Shown here piece by piece: positions 59,009 through 64,000 of a stretch of DNA of 64,000 nt. The DNA lies in the NCBI GenBank assembly GCA_965249135.1, contig OZ252220.1, forward strand, positions 1,088,001-1,152,000, given 5' to 3'. Each line of letters starts with the position of its first letter. Positions within the stretch are counted from its first letter, which is position 1. The position numbers were made by a program, and so were the translations under genes. The notes under the pieces were generated by a model. The model was given only the letters and a program-made list of their open reading frames with translations. It did no database searches and was not told the origin of the DNA. The stretch comes from Alphaproteobacteria bacterium. Lineage in GTDB: Bacteria > Pseudomonadota > Alphaproteobacteria > GCA-2746255.

Positions 59009-60853
59009 ATGACTTGGCATCGGAAGATTTTGCGGGTCAATCTGACGAAAGGGACCTGTGAGCCGGAGTCCCTCAACATGGAGTGGGCGCAACTCTATCT
59101 CGGCTCGCGTGGCCTTGCCTCGAAATACCTCTTTGAGGAGATCGACCCCAAGGTCGATCCACTCTCGCCCGACAACAAGCTTATCTTCGCCACCGGTCCA
59201 CTTACCGGAACCAGCGCGTCGACGTCCGGCCGCTACACGGTCACCACGAAGGGGGCGCTGACGGGCGCCATCGCGTGTTCGAATTCCGGCGGCTTCTTCG
59301 GCGCCGAGCTCAAATTCGCGGGCTATGACATGGTGATCCTCGAAGGCCGGGCGAAGGAACCCGTCTATCTCTTCATCAGCGACAACGATGTACAGATCCT
59401 GCCGGCCGACAAGCTGTGGGGCAGCAGCGTCTGGGAGACGGAGGAGTGGATCAAGAAGACCCATCAGGATCCCCTGATCCGCATCGCCGCGATCGGCGTC
59501 GCCGGCGAGACCGGCGCGAAATTCGCCGCCATCATAAACGATTTGCACCGGGCCGCCGGCCGCTCCGGCGTCGGCACGGTGATGGGCTCGAAGAACCTGA
59601 AGGCGATCGCCTGCCGCGGCACGACGGGGGTCACCGTCGAGAATCCCCGCGAGTTCATGCAGATCGCGCAAGCCACGAAGCAGGCCCTAAAGGAAGGCGC
59701 GTTCACGGGCGGCCTCACCCGGTACGGCACCCAAGGGGTGACCAGCGTCATCAACGAAATGGGCATTTACCCGACCAACAACCATCAGAAGGTCCAGTTC
59801 GAAGGCGCCCTCAAGATCGGCAGCGAGGCGATGGAAGGGGTCCGGGAGTCGGACGGCAAGACGAACCTGCTCCGCAATTCCGCCTGCTTCGGTTGCACGA
59901 TGGCCTGTGGCCGGGTCAGCGTGATCGACCCGAGCCATTTCTCCATCAAGGACAAGCCGCGCTACCACGGCGCTTCCGGCGGCCTTGAATACGAGTCGTC
60001 CTGGGCGATGGGAGGCGATTGCGGCGTCGATGACCTCGAGGCACTGACCTTTGCAAACTTCGTCTGCAACGAGCAAGGGATGGACACGATCTCGTTCGGC
60101 GCCTCGGTGGCGGCGGCGATGGAACTCTATGAGCGGGGCTACATCACCGACAAGGATACCGGCGGGTTGAAGCTCAACTTCGGGTCGGCGTCGGCGCTTG
60201 TCGAAGCCGTCGAACTGACCGGCAAGGGCGAAGGCTTCGGCAAGGATATCGGCCTTGGCTCGAAGCTTCTCTGCGAGAAGTATGGCCATCCCGAGGTCGC
60301 CATGGTCGTCAAGGGTCAGGAATTTGCGGCCTACGATCCGCGCGGCGCGCAAGGCATGTCGCTTGCTTATGCGACCAGCAACCGTGGCGCTTGCCACCTT
60401 CGGGGCTACACGATCTCCGTCGAGGTCTTCGGCGTCGGCCAGAAGCTCGACCCGATAGCGACGGAGGGCAAGGCAGAGCTCACGAAGCTTACCCAGGACG
60501 CAACCTCGGTCATCGATTCGACCGGTCTTTGCATGTTCCCGGGCTTCGCCTGGACGCTTGATGAGTATCAGCAACTCGTCCAAGCCGACTGCGAGGGCGA
60601 CTGGACGATGGAGAAGATGATGGAGGTCGGCGAGCGCATCTGGAACCTGGAGCGTCTATTCAACAACAAGGCGGGCCTGACGAAGGCCGATGACACGCTG
60701 CCGAAGCGGCTTCTCGAGACGCCGGCCGAGACCGGCCTGGGCAAGGGCCAAGTGGCGAAACTCGGCGAGATGCTTCCGGAATACTACGAACTGCGCGGCT
60801 GGACGCCGGATGGGCAGCCGTCGAACGACACGATCAAACGACTCAGCATTTAA
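59009..60853 (+). CDS. Tungsten-dependent aldehyde:ferredoxin oxidoreductase (AorB-like)
   Basis: AAGRSGVGTVMGSKNLKAI, CFGCTMAC, LEYES, GMDTIS, SNRGACHL. Confidence 0.93.
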   Translation: MTWHRKILRVNLTKGTCEPESLNMEWAQLYLGSRGLASKYLFEEIDPKVDPLSPDNKLIFATGPLTGTSASTSGRYTVTTKGALTGAIACSNSGGFFGAELKFAGYDMVILEGRAKEPVYLFISDNDVQILPADKLWGSSVWETEEWIKKTHQDPLIRIAAIGVAGETGAKFAAIINDLHRAAGRSGVGTVMGSKNLKAIACRGTTGVTVENPREFMQIAQATKQALKEGAFTGGLTRYGTQGVTSVINEMGIYPTNNHQKVQFEGALKIGSEAMEGVRESDGKTNLLRNSACFGCTMACGRVSVIDPSHFSIKDKPRYHGASGGLEYESSWAMGGDCGVDDLEALTFANFVCNEQGMDTISFGASVAAAMELYERGYITDKDTGGLKLNFGSASALVEAVELTGKGEGFGKDIGLGSKLLCEKYGHPEVAMVVKGQEFAAYDPRGAQGMSLAYATSNRGACHLRGYTISVEVFGVGQKLDPIATEGKAELTKLTQDATSVIDSTGLCMFPGFAWTLDEYQQLVQADCEGDWTMEKMMEVGERIWNLERLFNNKAGLTKADDTLPKRLLETPAETGLGKGQVAKLGEMLPEYYELRGWTPDGQPSNDTIKRLSI

Positions 60854-60884
60854 GTCGTTTCAAGGTGGGTGGTTCACCAAAACA

Positions 60885-60925
60885 TCGGGGAAGGCGCGAA
60901 TCCGCGCCTTCCCCGATTCTTTTCC
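60885..60925 (+). terminator. Strong intergenic hairpin (terminator or mRNA stabiliser)
   Basis: ATCGGGGAAGGCGCG-AATC-CGCGCCTTCCCCGAT followed by TCTTTT. Confidence 0.55.
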
Positions 60926-60957
60926 GGCGCCGACGCCGTTAAGGGGGGAAGAGGCAA

Positions 60958-62211
60958 ATGAAACACGTCATCGTTGGTGCCGGCCCGGCCGGCGTCGTGG
61001 CTACGGGAATCCTACGCAAGCTCAGAGCGCAAGACGAAATCCTGTTGATCGGTGGCGAGCCCGAGCCCCCCTACTCGCGGATGGCGATCCCCTACTATTT
61101 GATCGGCAACATCAAGGAAGAAGGCACCTATTTGAAGACGGACGCCACGCACTACCAGCAAAACCGGATCGACTATCAACAGGCATGGGTCACGAAGATC
61201 GACGTGAACAAAAAGGAGCTTCAGCTGAAGGGCGGCAAGACGGTTGGGTACGATAAGCTGCTGCTGGCAACCGGCGCCACGCCGATCCGCCCGCCGATCC
61301 CCGGCATCGAGGACCCGGACATCACCGGTTGCTGGACGTTGGAAGACGCGCGCCTCATCTCCAAAAGATGCAAGAAGGGGGCGAAGGTCCTGCAGATGGG
61401 TGCCGGCTTCATCGGCTGCATCATCATGGAGGCGATCGCCGAGACCGGCGTCGAGCTTACGATCGTCGAGATGGGCGACCGCATGGTCCCGCGCATGATG
61501 AACGAAACCTGCGGCAATTTGATCAAATGCTGGTGCGAGAAGAAGGGAATCACGGTCCACACCTCGACCCAGGTGGTCGAGATCGAGAAGCAAAAGGATA
61601 AGAAGCCGCCCTACCTCGTTCGTACGAAAGACGGCCAGGAACTGGAGGCGGACCTGATCATCGCCTCGACCGGCGTGGCGCCGGCCCTCGACTACCTCGA
61701 AGGCAGCGGCATTGAAGCGGCCGGCGGTATCCTGATCAACGAACACATGGAGACCAACGTGCCCGACATCTATGCGGCCGGCGACAGCGCGAAGGGGCGC
61801 GACTTCTCGACCGGCAGCTACGAAGTCCAGGCCATCCAGACGACGGCCACCGAGCATGGCCGCATCGCCGCCCAGAACATGGCCGGTGTGGCGACCCCGC
61901 ATCCGGGTTCGCTGAACATGAACGTGCTGGATACGGTGGGGCTGATCTCGAGTTCCCTCGGCCAGTGGATGGGCGTCGAGGGCGGCGATCACGCCGAGCT
62001 CCTGGACGCGGAGAATTTTCGCTACCTGCGTCTCGAATTCAAGGACGACGTGCTGATCGGTGCGCAGGCGCTGGGCCTTACCCAGCATGTCGGCGTGCTC
62101 AGGGGGCTTATCCAGACGGAAACCCCGCTCGGGCCCTGGAAGGAGAAGCTGATCGCCGACCCGACGCAGATCATGTCGGCCTATCTGGCGACGGCGCAGG
62201 CGCAGTCATGA
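60958..62211 (+). CDS. FAD/NAD(P)-dependent oxidoreductase (AorC-like)
   Basis: VIVGAGPAG, YDKLLLATGA, GAGFIG, TNVPDIYAAGD. Confidence 0.9.
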   Translation: MKHVIVGAGPAGVVATGILRKLRAQDEILLIGGEPEPPYSRMAIPYYLIGNIKEEGTYLKTDATHYQQNRIDYQQAWVTKIDVNKKELQLKGGKTVGYDKLLLATGATPIRPPIPGIEDPDITGCWTLEDARLISKRCKKGAKVLQMGAGFIGCIIMEAIAETGVELTIVEMGDRMVPRMMNETCGNLIKCWCEKKGITVHTSTQVVEIEKQKDKKPPYLVRTKDGQELEADLIIASTGVAPALDYLEGSGIEAAGGILINEHMETNVPDIYAAGDSAKGRDFSTGSYEVQAIQTTATEHGRIAAQNMAGVATPHPGSLNMNVLDTVGLISSSLGQWMGVEGGDHAELLDAENFRYLRLEFKDDVLIGAQALGLTQHVGVLRGLIQTETPLGPWKEKLIADPTQIMSAYLATAQAQS

Positions 62212-62459
62212 AGATCACGCTCAAATTCTATACGACGCTGAAAGACTTTCTGCCGGACGGCGCCGAGGGCAACGAGGCGGTAATCGAAATCGAAGACGGC
62301 GCCACCATCCTAAGCGTCGTCGAGCGCCAGAACGTGCCTCAGAAAATGATTAACATGGTCCTGGTCAGCGGCGCTTACGTCGCGCCGAGCGGCCTTGCCT
62401 CACGCGCGCTTAAGGACGGCGATACGCTTTCGATGTGGCCGCCGCTGGCGGGCGGGTAA
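62208..62459 (+). CDS. MoaD/ThiS sulfur carrier
   Basis: Ubiquitin-like, ends WPPLAGG. Confidence 0.88.
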   Translation: MKITLKFYTTLKDFLPDGAEGNEAVIEIEDGATILSVVERQNVPQKMINMVLVSGAYVAPSGLASRALKDGDTLSMWPPLAGG

Positions 62460-62776
62460 TGCCAAAGACGGCGGCCGGCGAAGGCGGCATCCTCCGTCGC
62501 AGTCTTGAGCTTGGTTATTCCCACCAAGAGTTCTTGCGCACCGTCCCCAGGATCTTCGATCCGGCCCCGGTGGCGATCGAAGGGACGCGGCTCGTGGCCA
62601 ATAACGGGGAAAAGAAAGTCGTCCTCGATTTAGGTCCGGAACAAACGCGCCGGCTTGGCAAATCGCTCTCGCTTCAGAGCACGGTGATCGCGTTTGCCTT
62701 CCATGGGTATACGGAAGACGAGGTCGATGCCTTCATGAAGTATTTCCTGATCCGCACCCAGCGCGGCGGCGGCTGA
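62459..62776 (+). CDS. Conserved hypothetical protein of aor clusters (AorE-like)
   Basis: Coupled start, ends TQRGGG. Confidence 0.65.
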   Translation: MPKTAAGEGGILRRSLELGYSHQEFLRTVPRIFDPAPVAIEGTRLVANNGEKKVVLDLGPEQTRRLGKSLSLQSTVIAFAFHGYTEDEVDAFMKYFLIRTQRGGG

Positions 62777-62797
62777 TTTTTTCGGAAAAAAGAGGCG

Positions 62798-63787
62798 TTA
62801 GCCGCCGGTGACGCTCATGTAGCGGCGAAGGACGGGCGGGGCGTTGCGGCGTTCGATCACGAAGTCGTGGCCTTCGGGCTTGCGTGCGATCGCCTCATGG
62901 ATCGCATCGATCAAGGGCCCATCGCTTTCGCTCATCCGAACTGGCGTCTTGAGATCGGCCTGATCCTCTTGGCCTAGGCACATGTAAAGCCGGCCGGTGC
63001 AGGTCAGCCGCACCCGGTTGCAGGATTCACAGAAATTGTGGGAAAGCGGCGTGATGAAGCCGATCCGGCCGCCGGTTTCTTCGACCTCCACGTAGCGGGC
63101 GGGCCCGCCGCTTCGGTGCTGGCTCGCACGAAGCGTCCAGCGTTCCTCGAGCCGGCGGCGGACTTCTTTTAAGGACAGGTACTGGTCCATCCGATCCTCG
63201 TCGATCTCCCCCATCGGCATCGTTTCGATGAGCGTCCAGTCGAACCCTTCCGTCCCGCACCAGGCAAGCAGGGAATCGAATTCATCTTCGTTGACGCCCT
63301 TGAGGGCGACGGTGTTGATCTTCACGTGAAGTCCTGCTTCTTGTGCCGCGCGGATTCCCTCGAGCACGGTCTCAACCTTGCCCCAGCGCGTGATCGCGCG
63401 GAAGCGACCGGGATCCAGCGTGTCGAGTGAGACGTTGACGCGACGAACGCCGGCGTCATAAAGCGCGCCTGCATGTTTCGCAAGACGGTTGCCGTTCGTC
63501 GTCAGCGTGAGCTCGTCAAGCACGCCTGCCTTTAAATGACGGCCCAGGCTTTGAAAGAGCGTCAGGATATCGCGGCGCACGAGCGGCTCGCCGCCGGTGA
63601 TGCGGATCTTCCGGACACCTTGGGAAATGAAGGCGCTGCAGACGCGCTCAAGCTCTTCCAGCGTCAACAGCTCGCGCTTCGGCAGGAAGCTCATGTCTTC
63701 CGACATGCAGTAGACACAGCGAAGGTCGCAGCGATCCGTGACGGAGACCCGCAAGTAGGTGACCTCGCGTCCGAAGGGATCGATCAT
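62798..63787 (-). CDS. moaA: GTP 3',8-cyclase
   Basis: [30 protein letters not shown]-terminal GG. Confidence 0.96.
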   Translation of the reverse strand: MIDPFGREVTYLRVSVTDRCDLRCVYCMSEDMSFLPKRELLTLEELERVCSAFISQGVRKIRITGGEPLVRRDILTLFQSLGRHLKAGVLDELTLTTNGNRLAKHAGALYDAGVRRVNVSLDTLDPGRFRAITRWGKVETVLEGIRAAQEAGLHVKINTVALKGVNEDEFDSLLAWCGTEGFDWTLIETMPMGEIDEDRMDQYLSLKEVRRRLEERWTLRASQHRSGGPARYVEVEETGGRIGFITPLSHNFCESCNRVRLTCTGRLYMCLGQEDQADLKTPVRMSESDGPLIDAIHEAIARKPEGHDFVIERRNAPPVLRRYMSVTGG

Positions 63788-63874
63788 GGCTAGCTCGCTC
63801 CTTCCTCCTGGGCCTCCCGAGCCCTGTACCCCTTTAAAGAGATGGGGAATGGGCAGCTTTTTGACCAGTGAAGC

Positions 63875-64000
63875 TTACCATGTGAGCCGGCCCTCGATAA
63901 AGGCCGCGGCCTCCGGGCTTTCCGGGCCGGCGAAGAAGCGATCCGCCGGGTTCCGCTCGACCAGCCGGCCTTCGCAAAGGAAGAGGATTTCCTGGCCCAA
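63875..64000 (-). CDS. C-terminus of an ABC ATPase, probably tungstate transporter TupC-like (partial)
   Basis: EILFLCEGRLVE...FFAGPESPEAAAFIEGRLTW*; context of W-enzyme genes. Confidence 0.55.
   Translation of the reverse strand: MGQEILFLCEGRLVERNPADRFFAGPESPEAAAFIEGRLTW

Overview
GC-rich alphaproteobacterial-type chromosome segment. Left host flank (1-15.8 kb): pyrC, a sensor kinase, asnB, a GT4 glycosyltransferase, ygfZ, ppdK, glyS/glyQ, a tRNA methyltransferase, ispB and a split transglutaminase-like gene. Centre: a ~38.6 kb temperate podovirus-type prophage integrated in tRNA-Pro(CGG), bounded by a 45-bp att direct repeat (15809-15853 / 54386-54430). It carries integrase/excisionase, recombination genes, a cI/cro switch with visible operators, replication, terminase, portal, capsid, ejection/tail and lysis genes. 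Right host flank: a TPR-methyltransferase, an interrupted DUF2336 gene, a tungsten aldehyde oxidoreductase (aorABCDE-like) cluster, moaA and a partial ABC ATPase. The most unusual part is the prophage's left accessory end (15.9-19.3 kb). There, a dCTP-deaminase/dUTPase-fold protein with a C-terminal membrane anchor and no deaminase catalytic Glu has a LexA box inside its promoter. It lies between a 150-bp IS1595-type MITE and three identical 355-bp mini-IS units. Next come a 15-bp direct-repeat-bounded micro-cassette and a structured ncRNA candidate. Also notable are a translationally coupled triplicated array of pentapeptide-repeat genes with diversified surfaces, a minimal protein kinase, a glycosyltransferase in the virion module, and several hollowed-out phage genes. 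All functional calls come from motif recognition by eye; no database searches were run.
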